In this document: piece after piece, positions 24,866 through 34,385 of the stretch | Position numbering within the stretch: the stretch's first letter is position 1 | How the letters are laid out: every line of letters begins with the position of its first letter | From: an uncultured Actinomycetes bacterium | Lineage (GTDB): Bacteria; Actinomycetota; Actinomycetes; Streptosporangiales; Streptosporangiaceae | Assembly: GCA_963814645.1 (NCBI GenBank) | Contig: CAWFDX010000002.1 | Location: 368,480-432,479 of the forward strand | DNA length: 64,000 nt | Reading direction: 5' to 3' | Made by a program: the position numbers and the translations under genes | Notes under the pieces: model-generated | What the model was told of the DNA's origin: nothing | What the model saw: the letters and a program-made list of their open reading frames with translations, nothing else | The model's database searches: none

Positions 24866-25828
24866 GTGGGCAGGGTGCCGCTGAGCCCGCATGTACCGGA
24901 TCTGACCACCCTGGAGCTGTTCGCCGCGGTGGCCCGGTACGGCAGCATCGGGGCCGCGGCCCGGCACGCCGGGATCAGCCAGCAGGCCGCGTCGGCCCGG
25001 CTCCGGGCGATGGAGGCGCAGGTCGGCGCCGTGCTGCTGGACCGTGACCCGCGGGGGTCCCGGCTCACCCCGGCCGGACGGCTGGTGGTGGACTGGGCCG
25101 CCCCGCTGCTCACGCTGGCCGGCGAGCTGGACACCGGCATCGCCAGCCTGCGCCGGGCCCGGGACGCCCAGCTCCGGGTGGCGTCCAGCCTGACCGTGGC
25201 CGAGCACCTGCTGCCCAGCTGGCTGGTGGCGCTGCGCGGCCAGTACGAGCAGGCCGGCCGGGCCCCGGCCGAGGTGACCCTGGTCGCGGCGAACAGCGAG
25301 GCGGTGGCCGCCCTGGTCAGCGAGCGGGACGCGGACCTCGGTTTCGTCGAGGGGCCGGCCCCGCCGCGTGGGCTGCGATCCCGGGTGGTCGCCACCGACC
25401 GGCTGGCCGTGGTGGTCCGCCCGGACCACCCGTGGGCGCGCCGGAGGTCGCCGGTCCGCCCGGCCGAGCTGGCCGCCACCCCGCTGGTGGAACGGGAGGA
25501 AGGCTCCGGCACCCGGCAGGCGCTGCACGCGGCGCTGACCGGCCGTCTCGGTCCGGGCAGCGAGCTGGCCGCACCCGCGCTGCGGCTGACCACCACCACC
25601 GCGATCCGGCAGGCAGTACGGGCCGGGGCCGGGCCCGCGGTGCTCAGCCTGCTCGCGGTGCGGGAGGCGGTCGCGGCCGGCCTGCTGGCCGTGGTCGGCA
25701 CGGGGGATCTGGACCTGACCCGCCGGCTGCGCGCGGTGTGGGCCGGGCCCGCGCAGCCGCCGGCCGGCCCGGCCCGGGACCTGGTCGAGGTGGCCGCCCG
25801 GCTGGGCACGCCGCCCGACCCCAGCTGA
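24866..25828 (+). CDS. LysR-family transcriptional regulator
   Basis: N-terminal HTH LELFAAVARYGSIGAAARHAGISQQAASARLRAMEAQVG with a LysR substrate-binding C-terminus. Divergent from the transporter. Confidence 0.85.
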   Translation: MGRVPLSPHVPDLTTLELFAAVARYGSIGAAARHAGISQQAASARLRAMEAQVGAVLLDRDPRGSRLTPAGRLVVDWAAPLLTLAGELDTGIASLRRARDAQLRVASSLTVAEHLLPSWLVALRGQYEQAGRAPAEVTLVAANSEAVAALVSERDADLGFVEGPAPPRGLRSRVVATDRLAVVVRPDHPWARRRSPVRPAELAATPLVEREEGSGTRQALHAALTGRLGPGSELAAPALRLTTTTAIRQAVRAGAGPAVLSLLAVREAVAAGLLAVVGTGDLDLTRRLRAVWAGPAQPPAGPARDLVEVAARLGTPPDPS

Positions 25829-25898
25829 CCAGCCGCGGGTGCCTCGTCACCGGCCTGCGGGCCGTGATTCACTGCTTGGTAGTAGGGGGTGCGTGACG

Positions 25899-26759
25899 AT
25901 GAGCCAGCACAATGGCGCGGCCAAGGTCAAGGCGAGCAAGGACGGCAAGGCCAAGAGCAAGGTCAGGCGGGTGCCGAAGAAGCCCTACGAGGACGAGCTG
26001 TACCGGCTGCAGGCGGAACTGGTCAAGGTCCAGGAGTGGGTGCGCGCCGAGGGCGCCCGGATCGTGATCATTTTCGAGGGCCGCGATGCGGCCGGCAAGG
26101 GCAGCACGATCAAGCGGGTCACCCAGTACCTGAACCCGCGGGTCGCCAGCATCGCCGCGCTGCCCGCGCCGACCGAGCGGGAACAGACCCAGTGGTACTT
26201 CCAGCGCTACGTGGACCACCTGCCGTCCGGCGGCCACATCGTGCTGTTCGACCGGAGCTGGTACAACCGGGCCGGGGTCGAGCACGTGATGGGGTTCTGC
26301 ACGAAGGAGGAGTACGCCCGGTTCCTGCACCAGTGCCCGATCTTCGAGCGGCTGCTGGTGGAGGACGGCATCCTGCTCCGCAAGTACTGGTTCTCGGTCA
26401 GCGACGAGGAGCAGCAGTTGCGGTTCCGGTCCCGGCTGGAAGACCCGATGCGGCGGTGGAAGCTGTCCCCGATGGACCTGGAGTCGGTGACCCGCTGGGA
26501 GGACTACAGCCGGGCCAAGGACGAGATGCTGCTGCACACGGACGTGCCGGAGGCACCGTGGTATGTGGTGGAAAGCGACGACAAGCGGCGGGCCCGGATC
26601 AACATGATCGCTCACCTGCTGTCCACCATCCCGTATCGCGACGTGCGGCGGCAGCGGCTGGAACTGCCGCCGCGGCCGCCGGCCAAGGGTTACATCCGGG
26701 TGCCCAGGGACATACAGACCTACGTCCCGGACCACGCGGCGGCGCTGCGCGGATCGTAA
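25899..26759 (+). CDS. ppk2: Polyphosphate kinase 2
   Basis: PPK2 hallmarks VIIFEGRDAAGKGSTIKRV (Walker A), FDRSWYNRAGVE and RWKLSPMD. ATG at 25899 is chosen within ORF 25839. Confidence 0.9.
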   Translation: MSQHNGAAKVKASKDGKAKSKVRRVPKKPYEDELYRLQAELVKVQEWVRAEGARIVIIFEGRDAAGKGSTIKRVTQYLNPRVASIAALPAPTEREQTQWYFQRYVDHLPSGGHIVLFDRSWYNRAGVEHVMGFCTKEEYARFLHQCPIFERLLVEDGILLRKYWFSVSDEEQQLRFRSRLEDPMRRWKLSPMDLESVTRWEDYSRAKDEMLLHTDVPEAPWYVVESDDKRRARINMIAHLLSTIPYRDVRRQRLELPPRPPAKGYIRVPRDIQTYVPDHAAALRGS

Positions 26760-26850
26760 GCTCCCGGCAAGCTCACCCAGCCAGGGGATGACTGGCCGGG
26801 GCGCGGCGGGCTAGCATCACTGTCTCTGGTTCCCCGGCTGGAGGGACCTC

Positions 26851-27393
26851 ATGGCAGAAACCACCGACGAGCCGAGCCGGCCCGAGCCGCGCCCGGTTGT
26901 CGCGGGCTCTATCTGGGCGCTGGAGCACGCTCAGGACATCGTCACGGTGACCGTGGGCGTCGTGCTGATCGTGCTGGCCGCCACGCTGGCCGTGTCCGGC
27001 GTGGTCGGTTTCATCACCGACGTGCAGCACGAGTCGGTGGCCAACGCGTCCATCGTCTTGCTGGACCGGGTGCTGCTGGTGCTGATCCTGGTCGAGATCG
27101 TGCACACCGTGGTGCTGTCGCTGCGCGCGCACCGGCTGGCCGCGCAGCCGTTCATCGTGGTCGGGCTGGTCGCAGTGATCCGGCGGATCCTGTTCCTGCT
27201 CAGCAACGAGCACACCATCCCCACCGCGGAACTCGCCCTGCTGCTCGCCATGGTGGTCGCATTCGTGATTGCTTACCTGCTAGTCAGCCACTTCGAGCAC
27301 CCCGAGGCCGAGACGCTACCGGCGGCGGCCCCGGATCGGGAGGATCCAGGGCAGGCCGGGAACACCAGCCCCACTGATAGGGTTGAGGCATAA
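26851..27393 (+). CDS. psiE: Phosphate-starvation-inducible PsiE-family membrane protein
   Basis: Four TM segments with the PsiE-like core LLVLILVEIVHTV...FIVVGLVAVIRRIL. Confidence 0.75.
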   Translation: MAETTDEPSRPEPRPVVAGSIWALEHAQDIVTVTVGVVLIVLAATLAVSGVVGFITDVQHESVANASIVLLDRVLLVLILVEIVHTVVLSLRAHRLAAQPFIVVGLVAVIRRILFLLSNEHTIPTAELALLLAMVVAFVIAYLLVSHFEHPEAETLPAAAPDREDPGQAGNTSPTDRVEA

Positions 27394-27702
27394 GGCGGCC
27401 GATTGAGCCGTCACTCCCGCGGGCGAGCTGCCCGCGCGGTCGCGTGTGTGAGCAGTCTTTCTTCCAGGTGGGCACGGACTTTGCCGCTGCCCCGGATGCG
27501 TTCTCGGCGGCGCGGCCCACGAAGCTTGGATGGAGATTCCTTGCCACACAGTCATGCCCGGCAGCGCCCCGCCCGGTCCACCCGGCCGCGGCCGCCGGCC
27601 CGGCCACCGCGGGTGCGGACGGCCCAGGGCCAGCGGCCCGCCCCGGGCCAGCGGTCAGGCCAGGACCGGCGCTCTGAGCTAGACCGGGCGCTGGCCGCGG
27701 CC

Positions 27703-29073
27703 ATGGCCGCACCCGCGCCGGAGCCGGTCACGTTCGGTGCGCTGGGGCTGCCCGCGCCGCTGGTCAGCGCGCTGGCCCGGAGCGGCATCGAGCAGCCGTT
27801 CGCGATCCAGGCCCGGGCGCTGCCGGACGCGCTGGCCGGCCGGGATGTGCTCGGCCGGGCGCAGACCGGGTCCGGCAAGACGCTCGCGTTCGGCCTGGCC
27901 ATGCTGACCCGGCTGGCCACCCCGGCGGGCCGGACTGCGCCCCGGCAGCGGACCGCGCCCCGCGCGCTCATCCTGGTGCCGACCAGGGAACTGGCCCGGC
28001 AGGTGACCGACGTGCTGCGGCCGCTCGGCAACCCGGTCGGGGTCAGCGTCACCGCGGTGTACGGCGGCGCGCCGATCGGCCGCCAGATCGACCGGCTGCA
28101 GCGCGGTGTGGACGTAGTGGTGGCCACGCCCGGGCGGCTGATCGACCTGATGGAGCGGCACGTGTGCACCCTCGGCGCGATCGAGATCACCGTGCTGGAC
28201 GAGGCTGACCACATGGCCGACCTGGGCTTCCTGCCTGCGGTGACCCAGATCCTGGACGCCACCCCGGCCGGCGGGCAGCGGATGCTGTTCTCCGCCACCC
28301 TGGACCGGGACGTGGAGCGGCTGGTCACCCGGTACCTGACCAGCCCGGCGCTGCACGCGGTAGCGCCGGCCAGCGAGCCCGGCGCGGTCGCCGACCACCA
28401 GGTGTTCGTGCTGCCCGCCCAGGACAAGCTGGCCATCGCGGCCGAGATCGCGGCCCGGCCGGGCCGCACCCTGTTCTTCGTCCGCACCAAGCACGGCGCG
28501 GCCCGGCTGGCCAAGCAGCTCACCCGGGCCGGGGCCGACGCGGCCGCGATCCACGGCAACCTGAACCAGAACCAGCGGCAGCGCGCGCTGGACGGGTTCG
28601 CCGCCGGGCAGCCCCGGGTGCTGGTGGCCACCGACGTGGCCGCCCGCGGGCTGGACATCGAGGACGTGGACCTGGTGGTGCACTTCGACCCGCCCAACGA
28701 CCACAAGGACTACCTGCACCGCTCCGGGCGCACCGCGCGGGCCGGGGCACCCGGCACGGTAGTGGCATTCGTCGATCCGGCCCAGGTCAAGGACGTGGCC
28801 CGGCTGCATGACGCGGCCGGCATTACCCCGGTCCGGCACCGGGTCCAGCCCGGGCACCAGGCCGTCCGGGACGTCGCCGAGTCCGGTACGCCGATCCCGG
28901 CCCAGCCCACGGTCGCGCTGGCGGCCGCACCCGGTACCGGGTCTTCGTCCCGCACCAGGCCTGCTCCCCGGACGGAGGCGTCCCGGCGTGCCGGGACGGC
29001 GGGTCGCGGCGGGCAGCGCCTCCGCCGGCGGCGGGGACAGCGGCCCCGGACGCCGCTGCGAGAGGCTAGCTGA
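27703..29073 (+). CDS. DEAD-box ATP-dependent RNA helicase
   Basis: Q-motif FGALGL...FAIQ, AQTGSGKT, DEAD, SAT, HRSGRTARAG and a basic Arg-rich tail. The ORF opens at 27403, but GC3 is low before about 27560. ATG 27703 is preferred and GTG 27613 is possible. Confidence 0.85.
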   Translation: MAAPAPEPVTFGALGLPAPLVSALARSGIEQPFAIQARALPDALAGRDVLGRAQTGSGKTLAFGLAMLTRLATPAGRTAPRQRTAPRALILVPTRELARQVTDVLRPLGNPVGVSVTAVYGGAPIGRQIDRLQRGVDVVVATPGRLIDLMERHVCTLGAIEITVLDEADHMADLGFLPAVTQILDATPAGGQRMLFSATLDRDVERLVTRYLTSPALHAVAPASEPGAVADHQVFVLPAQDKLAIAAEIAARPGRTLFFVRTKHGAARLAKQLTRAGADAAAIHGNLNQNQRQRALDGFAAGQPRVLVATDVAARGLDIEDVDLVVHFDPPNDHKDYLHRSGRTARAGAPGTVVAFVDPAQVKDVARLHDAAGITPVRHRVQPGHQAVRDVAESGTPIPAQPTVALAAAPGTGSSSRTRPAPRTEASRRAGTAGRGGQRLRRRRGQRPRTPLREAS

Positions 29074-29110
29074 CCGGCCCGGTACTGGCGTTCGGCAAAG
29101 GAAAGCATTT

Positions 29111-29154
29111 GCGGTGTACATCGCTGCCCGCATAGGGGCAGTGATGTACACCGC
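29111..29154 (+). terminator. 44-bp near-perfect palindrome downstream of the helicase
   Basis: Arms gcggtgtacatcGctgccc and ggggcagTgatgtacaccgc are 19 nt long with one mismatch, around loop gcata. It lies 38 nt after the stop. No T-run follows. Confidence 0.4.
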
Positions 29155-29327
29155 TGATCTGTCTGCGACGGACCTGGAAGGCCGGCGGGACCGGGGTTTA
29201 CCGACGGTTACCAGGTGATGGCTGGGGTAGGTGTTTCTTGCCCGCGCGGGCCCCGCGTGCGACGATCCTTGGATAGCGACCGTGCAGCCCCTCCTAGGGA
29301 GCGCCCGTTGGTTCTGCCCCGAACGCG

Positions 29328-30084
29328 GTGACCGCAGCACCGGCCCAGGATGCTCGCTTGCGCGGTGAGCAGGTGGCCCGTGACGTCTTCGATGGCCTGC
29401 CCGCCCACTACGACCGGCTCGCCTACCTGCTGTCATTCGGCCAGGACCGGCGCTGGCGGCGGGCCGTGGTGGACCGGATCGCGACCGGCCAGCCCGGGCT
29501 GGTGCTGGACGTGGCCACCGGGCCGGCCGGGATCGCGCTGGCCATCGCCGGCCGGACCGGCGCGAACGTGGCCGGGGTGGACCTCAACGAGCCGATGCTG
29601 CGAGCCCGGCCTGGCCCGGGCCCGGCGGCCCGGCCAGCGCGGCCGGGTCCGGGTGGCCGTGGGCACGGCCGACCGGCTGCCGTTCCCGGACGCCACCTTC
29701 GACGCCCTCAGCTTCTCCTACCTGCTCCGCTACGTGGACAACCCGGCCGCCACCGTGGCCGAGATGGCCCGCGTGGTGCGCCCCGGCGGCACCGTGGCCA
29801 GCCTGGAGTTCATGATGCCGCCGCAGCCGGGCTGGCGGGCGGCCTGGTGGCTGTACACCCGGCTGGCGCTGCCGCTGGGCGGGCTGCTGACCGGCGGGCC
29901 GGCCTGGTACCGGGTCGGCCGCTTCCTCGGGCCGAGCATCTCTACCCACTACCGGCGGTACTCCCTGGACGACCACATCGCGGCCTGGCAGGCGGCCGGG
30001 CTGACCGACGTGGGCACCGGCCTGATGAGCCTGGGCGGCGGGCTGATCATGTGGGGCCGCAAGGCCGCGGGACCTGGTTCGTGA
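29328..30084 (+). pseudogene. UbiE/MenG-like class I SAM methyltransferase interrupted by a +1 frameshift near 29604-29612
   Basis: The N-terminal half (FDGLPAHYDRLAYLLSFGQDRRWRR...LDVATGPAGIALA...VDLNEPMLRA) is in the frame of ORF 29328. The C-terminal half (RVRVAVGTADRLPFPDATFDALSFSYLLRYV...VVRPGGTVASLEF...LGGGLIMWGRK) is in the frame of ORF 29350, offset +1. Confidence 0.7.
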
Positions 30085-30815
30085 GCGCGCGGACGGACAA
30101 GGCCAGCAAGACCGCGTTCTACGACATGGGCCGCGGGACCGGCGGGTTCCGGGACTGGCTCACCCTGCTGCACCCGCCGTACACCGTGTGGCACCTGTCC
30201 TACGTGGCCATCGGGGCCGCGCTGGTGCCGCACCCGGTGCTGTGGCGGCTGGGCGGCACGCTGCTGGCGTTCTTCCTCGCCGTCGGCATCGGCGCGCACG
30301 CGTTCGATGAGCTGAACGGCCGGCCGCTGGGCACCGGCATCAACGGCAAGCTGCTCGCCGGGGTGGCGGTGGTCTCGGTCGTGGCGGCCATGGTGCTCGG
30401 CCTGGTCTACGGCGGCTGGCGGATGGTCCCATTCGTGATCGTCGGCGCGATCCTGGTCATCGGGTACAACCTGGAGCTGCTCGGCGGGCTGATGCACAGC
30501 GACGTCTGGTTCGGCCTGGCCTGGGGCTCGTTCCCGCTCATCGTCGGCGCGTACGCGCAGCACTGGACGGTGCCGCCGGCCGCGCTGATCGGCGCGGTGT
30601 TCGCGTTCTTCCTGTCCATGGGGCAGCGCGCGCTGAGTACCCCGGCGCGGGCGTTGCGCCGCCGGGTCAGCGCGGTGACGGTGCGGGTCACCTGGCGCGA
30701 CGGCAGCGAGCAGGAACTGGGCCGGGCCGACCTGCTGGCCCCGCTGGAGCGGGCGCTGCGCTACTTCACCTGGGCCACTGGCACGCTGGCTGTGGCCGTG
30801 GTGGTGGCCCGGTGA
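30081..30815 (+). CDS. Integral membrane protein of unknown function
   Basis: GTG start overlaps the methyltransferase stop (GTGA). About 6-7 hydrophobic segments and high GC3. It sits between the methyltransferase and the geranylgeranyl reductase. Confidence 0.65.
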   Translation: MSARTDKASKTAFYDMGRGTGGFRDWLTLLHPPYTVWHLSYVAIGAALVPHPVLWRLGGTLLAFFLAVGIGAHAFDELNGRPLGTGINGKLLAGVAVVSVVAAMVLGLVYGGWRMVPFVIVGAILVIGYNLELLGGLMHSDVWFGLAWGSFPLIVGAYAQHWTVPPAALIGAVFAFFLSMGQRALSTPARALRRRVSAVTVRVTWRDGSEQELGRADLLAPLERALRYFTWATGTLAVAVVVAR

Positions 30816-32176
30816 CGGCGGGCGAGCCGCCGCCCGCCGGGCGGTTCGACGTGGTGGTGGCGGGCGCCGGGCCGGCCGGCAGCATCGCCGCGCTGGTGCT
30901 GGCCCGCGCCGGGGCCCGGGTGGCGCTGGTGGACAAGGCCACCTTCCCGCGCGACAAGGCGTGCGGCGACCTGGTCGGGCCGCGCGGGGTTGGGCTGCTT
31001 TCTGACCTGGCGGTAGCGGTCCCGGATGCCGGGCAGGGCGCTGACCTGCTGGCGGTGGGCCCGTCCGGGCACCGGTCCCGGCTGCCTGCGTTTCCCGGCC
31101 GCCATTACCCGGGGCACGGCGTGGTGGTGCCGCGGATCGGGCTGGACGACGCGTTGCGGGCGGCCGCGCTGCAGGCCGGCGCGGAGCCGGTGCGGGGCCG
31201 GGTCAGCGGGGTGGACCGGGACGGCGGCGGCCCGGCCTCGGACAGCCGGGTACGGGCGCTGCTGACCAATGACGGCCAGCGGCTGGAGGCGGACTGGTTC
31301 ATCGCCGCGGACGGGGCGCTCAGCCCGGTCGCCCGGCTGGCCGGCCTGCTCGACCCGGACGCGGCGCTGTGGGGCTTCGCGATCCGTGCCTACGTCCCGG
31401 CCGAGGTGCCGCTGCCGCTGCTGGTCCTGCTGGACGCGGCTCCGTGGCGGATCTACCCCGGGTACGGCTGGCTGTTCCCGGGGGAGGCCGGGCAGGCCAA
31501 CGTCGGCATCGGCATCGGGATGGGCACCCGGCGCCGGGCCGCCAGCCTGCGCGCCGACCTGGCCCGGTTCTGTGCGCAGCTGCGCCGCACCGGGGACCTG
31601 ACCCCGGGCGCGGAGCACGGCGAGGTGACCGGCGGCTGGCTGCGGATGGGCGGCACCGGCACCCCGCCCGCCGCCGGTAACGTGCTGCTGGCCGGGGACG
31701 CGGCCGGGCTGATCAACCCGCTGCAAGGCGAGGGCATCGGGCCGGCCATGGTCAGCGCCCGGCTGGCCGCCGAGTGCCTGCTGGGCCCGGCGTCGGCCGG
31801 AGCGGCGGCCGCCTACAGCGAGGCGGTGGCGGACACGTTCGGCCGGTACCTGCCGGGGGCCGCCGCGCTGCAGGCGGCCCTGCTGCGCCGGCCGCGGCTG
31901 GCCTCCGGCGCGGTGCGGCTGCTGACCGCACCCGGGGTGAGCCGGGTGGTCGCCGGGACCTGGTCGCTGTACTGGAACGGGCTGGTGGACGGGGCCAGCC
32001 CGCGGCCGGCCGCGTGGGCCGGCGCGGCGGTACAGCAAGTGGCCTCGCGGCTGGGCAGGCGCTGGCCCGCGGCCCGCCAGCTGGCCGCGGCACCCGGCGA
32101 GCCGGCCGCCGCAGAGCTGGGCGAGGCGGAGCCGGGCGAGGCGCCCGCCGCGCCGGAATTCACCCCGCGGGGGTGA
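30812..32176 (+). CDS. Geranylgeranyl reductase family flavoprotein (MenJ-like)
   Basis: FDVVVAGAGPAGSIAALVLARAG, FPRDKACGD and a later LAGDAAGLINPLQGEGI motif. GTGA overlap upstream. Confidence 0.85.
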   Translation: MTAGEPPPAGRFDVVVAGAGPAGSIAALVLARAGARVALVDKATFPRDKACGDLVGPRGVGLLSDLAVAVPDAGQGADLLAVGPSGHRSRLPAFPGRHYPGHGVVVPRIGLDDALRAAALQAGAEPVRGRVSGVDRDGGGPASDSRVRALLTNDGQRLEADWFIAADGALSPVARLAGLLDPDAALWGFAIRAYVPAEVPLPLLVLLDAAPWRIYPGYGWLFPGEAGQANVGIGIGMGTRRRAASLRADLARFCAQLRRTGDLTPGAEHGEVTGGWLRMGGTGTPPAAGNVLLAGDAAGLINPLQGEGIGPAMVSARLAAECLLGPASAGAAAAYSEAVADTFGRYLPGAAALQAALLRRPRLASGAVRLLTAPGVSRVVAGTWSLYWNGLVDGASPRPAAWAGAAVQQVASRLGRRWPAARQLAAAPGEPAAAELGEAEPGEAPAAPEFTPRG

Positions 32177-32234
32177 CGCGCGGCGGTGCGGAGCTGATTG
32201 GCTCGTAACCAGGTGGCCGAGGGGGGAGTGGGCC

Positions 32235-33120
32235 TTGGCCACGGCCGTCGTGCGGGGCGGGGCCGCGGGCGGCGCCCGCGGCCAGGCCGGGACGCAGCCG
32301 GGCCGCGCGCCACTGGTGCTCACCGCGCTGATCCTGGTCGCCGCCGTCGCCAACCTGAACCTGACCGTGGCCAACGTCGTGCTGCCCGACATCGGCCGGG
32401 GCCTACCCGACGACGCTGGCCCTGATCACCGCGCTATGGTCGGGCCCGCCCCGGACCCGGGCCATCGCGCTGTGGTCCGGCATCGGCGGCGCCATCACCG
32501 CGCTCGGCCCGATGCTGGCCGGCCTAGCGCTGCAGCACTTCTGGTGGGGCTCGGCGTTCCTGCTCACTCTCCCGCTCGCGGTGGTGGCCCTGGTCATGGC
32601 CGTCCGCTGGGTCCCCGCGCACGTCAACGAGAGCACCGGCCGGGTGGACCACCTGGGCGGCGTGCTGTCCATGATCTTCGTCGCGGCGCTGGTCATCACG
32701 ATCAACTTCGCGCCGGTACCGGGCGCGGCCGGGCTGGCCCTGGTCACCGGCCTGCTCGCGCTGGCCGCCGGGGCCGGGTTCGTGCTCCGGCAGCGCCGCG
32801 CCCGGCCCCCGCTCTACGACCGGCACGTGGCCGGGCGGCGGACCTTCTGGGTGGCCGCGGTCGGCGGCATCATCGTGTTCGGCTCGCTGATGGGGGCGAT
32901 CTTCGTCGGGCAGCAGTACCTGCAGGACGTGCTGGGCTACTCGGCGCTCGGTAGCAAGATCACCGCCGCGGCGAAGAGTGCGTTCCTGTCCGGGGACCAG
33001 TGGGCCTACACGGCTGCCATCGTGGCCGTGCTGCTCGGTGCCGGGCTGGTGTTCTTCCTGTTCCCGCGGCGGGTGGGCGAGGAGCGGCTGCTGGCCCGCT
33101 ACCGCGCTGAGGACGGTCAG
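32235..33120 (+). pseudogene. Decayed DHA2-type MFS transporter (two internal deletions, one out of frame)
   Basis: TM1 fragment (LILVAAVANLNLTVANVVLPDIGRG) jumps, with a frame change at about 32398-32403, to AYPTTLALITALWSGP.... Later ...QQYLQDVLGYSALG joins directly to the family's extreme C-terminus SKITAAAKSAFLSGDQWAYTAAIVAVLLGAGLVFFLFPRR...RYRAEDG. The open frame then runs on to 33363, antisense to the next gene. Confidence 0.6.
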
Positions 33121-34385
33121 CTCTGCGCGGCGGAGTTGTCCGGCTTGGGGCCGGCCAGCCGCGTGGTCAGCGGCTGCTCGGTGACCGACGACGGGCTGAC
33201 GAACGTGCTGCCGGACGGCCCGGCCTGCACCGCCATGCCCAGCGCGCTGCCCTTGAGCAGCTGCTGCCAGGACAGGAACCACACGGTGAACCCGTCGTCC
33301 CACTTGCCCGCGGCCGGGCTGCCGATGATCGTCACCGGGTCGCCCGGGGTGGCCAGGTTGTAGTACATGGCCGCGTGCTCGGGGGACAGGTTCACGCAGC
33401 CGTGGCTGACGTTGGTGTACCCCTGCTCACCCACCGACCACGGCGCGGAGTGCAGGTAGTCGCCGCTGTAGGTGAACCGGACCGCGTCGTTGACCAGTTC
33501 GTTGTAGCCGTTGCCGACCATCCGGACCGGGTTGCCTTTTTCCAGCGTGATGTAGGTGCCGTCCACCGTGTCCAGGCCGGGCCGGCCGGTGCTGATCGGC
33601 CAGTGCCCCCACAGCTTGCCCTTGTAGTAGACGTTCAGGTAGTGCGTCTTGGTGCTGGCCACCACGATCAGCGACGGCCCGATGTCGAACGTCTGGGTCA
33701 GGTCGGCGGTGAAGTAGACGCCCGGTGAGGCTTCCAGTCCGGCCAGGTGCCCGTCGAACGAGACCGTGGTACCAGCGGGCCAGTAGTTCATCGGGCGGAA
33801 GTACAGCGTCTGGTTGCCGTCCCAGTACCGCGACCCGGTCACCGGCTTGGAGCTGGTCACCTGCAGCGAGCGCTCCACCGCGGCCCGGTTGGTGACCGGC
33901 GAGCTGAACGTCAGCCGGATCGGGATGCCGACGCCGTAGCTCTGCTTGTACCCCTCGAAGATCATCGCGGTGGTGGTGGCGGCCGGGGTCAGCGTGCGGA
34001 AGCTGCTGACCGAGGTGACCGTCTTGCCGGCCGAGTTCATCGCGGTGGCGTGCACGGTGTAGCTCCGCGACGGCTGCAGCGCCCAGTCACTCCGCCATAC
34101 CGTCTTCGCGCTGTTCAGCGAGCCGCTCACCGCGTCGTGCCCGGCGGTCACCGTGACGCTCTGGATCTTGCCTTCGCTGGCCTTGACCACGACGCCCTTG
34201 GCTGGGTTGGCCCGCCGCGACCCGTTGGCCGGGGTGACGGACAGCGCGGCACTGGCCGCCGTGACGGCGTGCGCGGACGCCTTGCCAGACGGCTGCCCGG
34301 CGGACCCGGTAGCGGACGATGAGCCGCTCGAGCAGGCGGCGACGACCAGGCACGCCCCAGCCGACAGGGCGGCGAGCACGGTCAT
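33117..34385 (-). CDS. L,D-transpeptidase lipoprotein (YkuD domain, LdtMt2-like)
   Basis: Lipobox LVVAAC after MTVLAALSAGA. Ig-like repeats are followed by the YkuD catalytic motif HSAPWSV...SHGCVNLS. ATG at 34385 is chosen within ORF 34463. Confidence 0.85.
   Translation of the reverse strand: MTVLAALSAGACLVVAACSSGSSSATGSAGQPSGKASAHAVTAASAALSVTPANGSRRANPAKGVVVKASEGKIQSVTVTAGHDAVSGSLNSAKTVWRSDWALQPSRSYTVHATAMNSAGKTVTSVSSFRTLTPAATTTAMIFEGYKQSYGVGIPIRLTFSSPVTNRAAVERSLQVTSSKPVTGSRYWDGNQTLYFRPMNYWPAGTTVSFDGHLAGLEASPGVYFTADLTQTFDIGPSLIVVASTKTHYLNVYYKGKLWGHWPISTGRPGLDTVDGTYITLEKGNPVRMVGNGYNELVNDAVRFTYSGDYLHSAPWSVGEQGYTNVSHGCVNLSPEHAAMYYNLATPGDPVTIIGSPAAGKWDDGFTVWFLSWQQLLKGSALGMAVQAGPSGSTFVSPSSVTEQPLTTRLAGPKPDNSAAQS

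Noticed and set aside
24782-25528. N-terminal extension of ORF 23603-25528 (-), giving a 641-aa protein
   Set aside because: The extension is antisense to the LysR gene and has no transporter features. The TDT transporter begins at the GTG at 24781/24784.
27403-27702. Basic 100-residue N-terminal extension of the DEAD-box helicase
   Set aside because: Third-position GC is low between 27403 and about 27560, and no RBS precedes the TTG at 27403. I kept it only as an uncertainty, since GTG 27613 remains possible.
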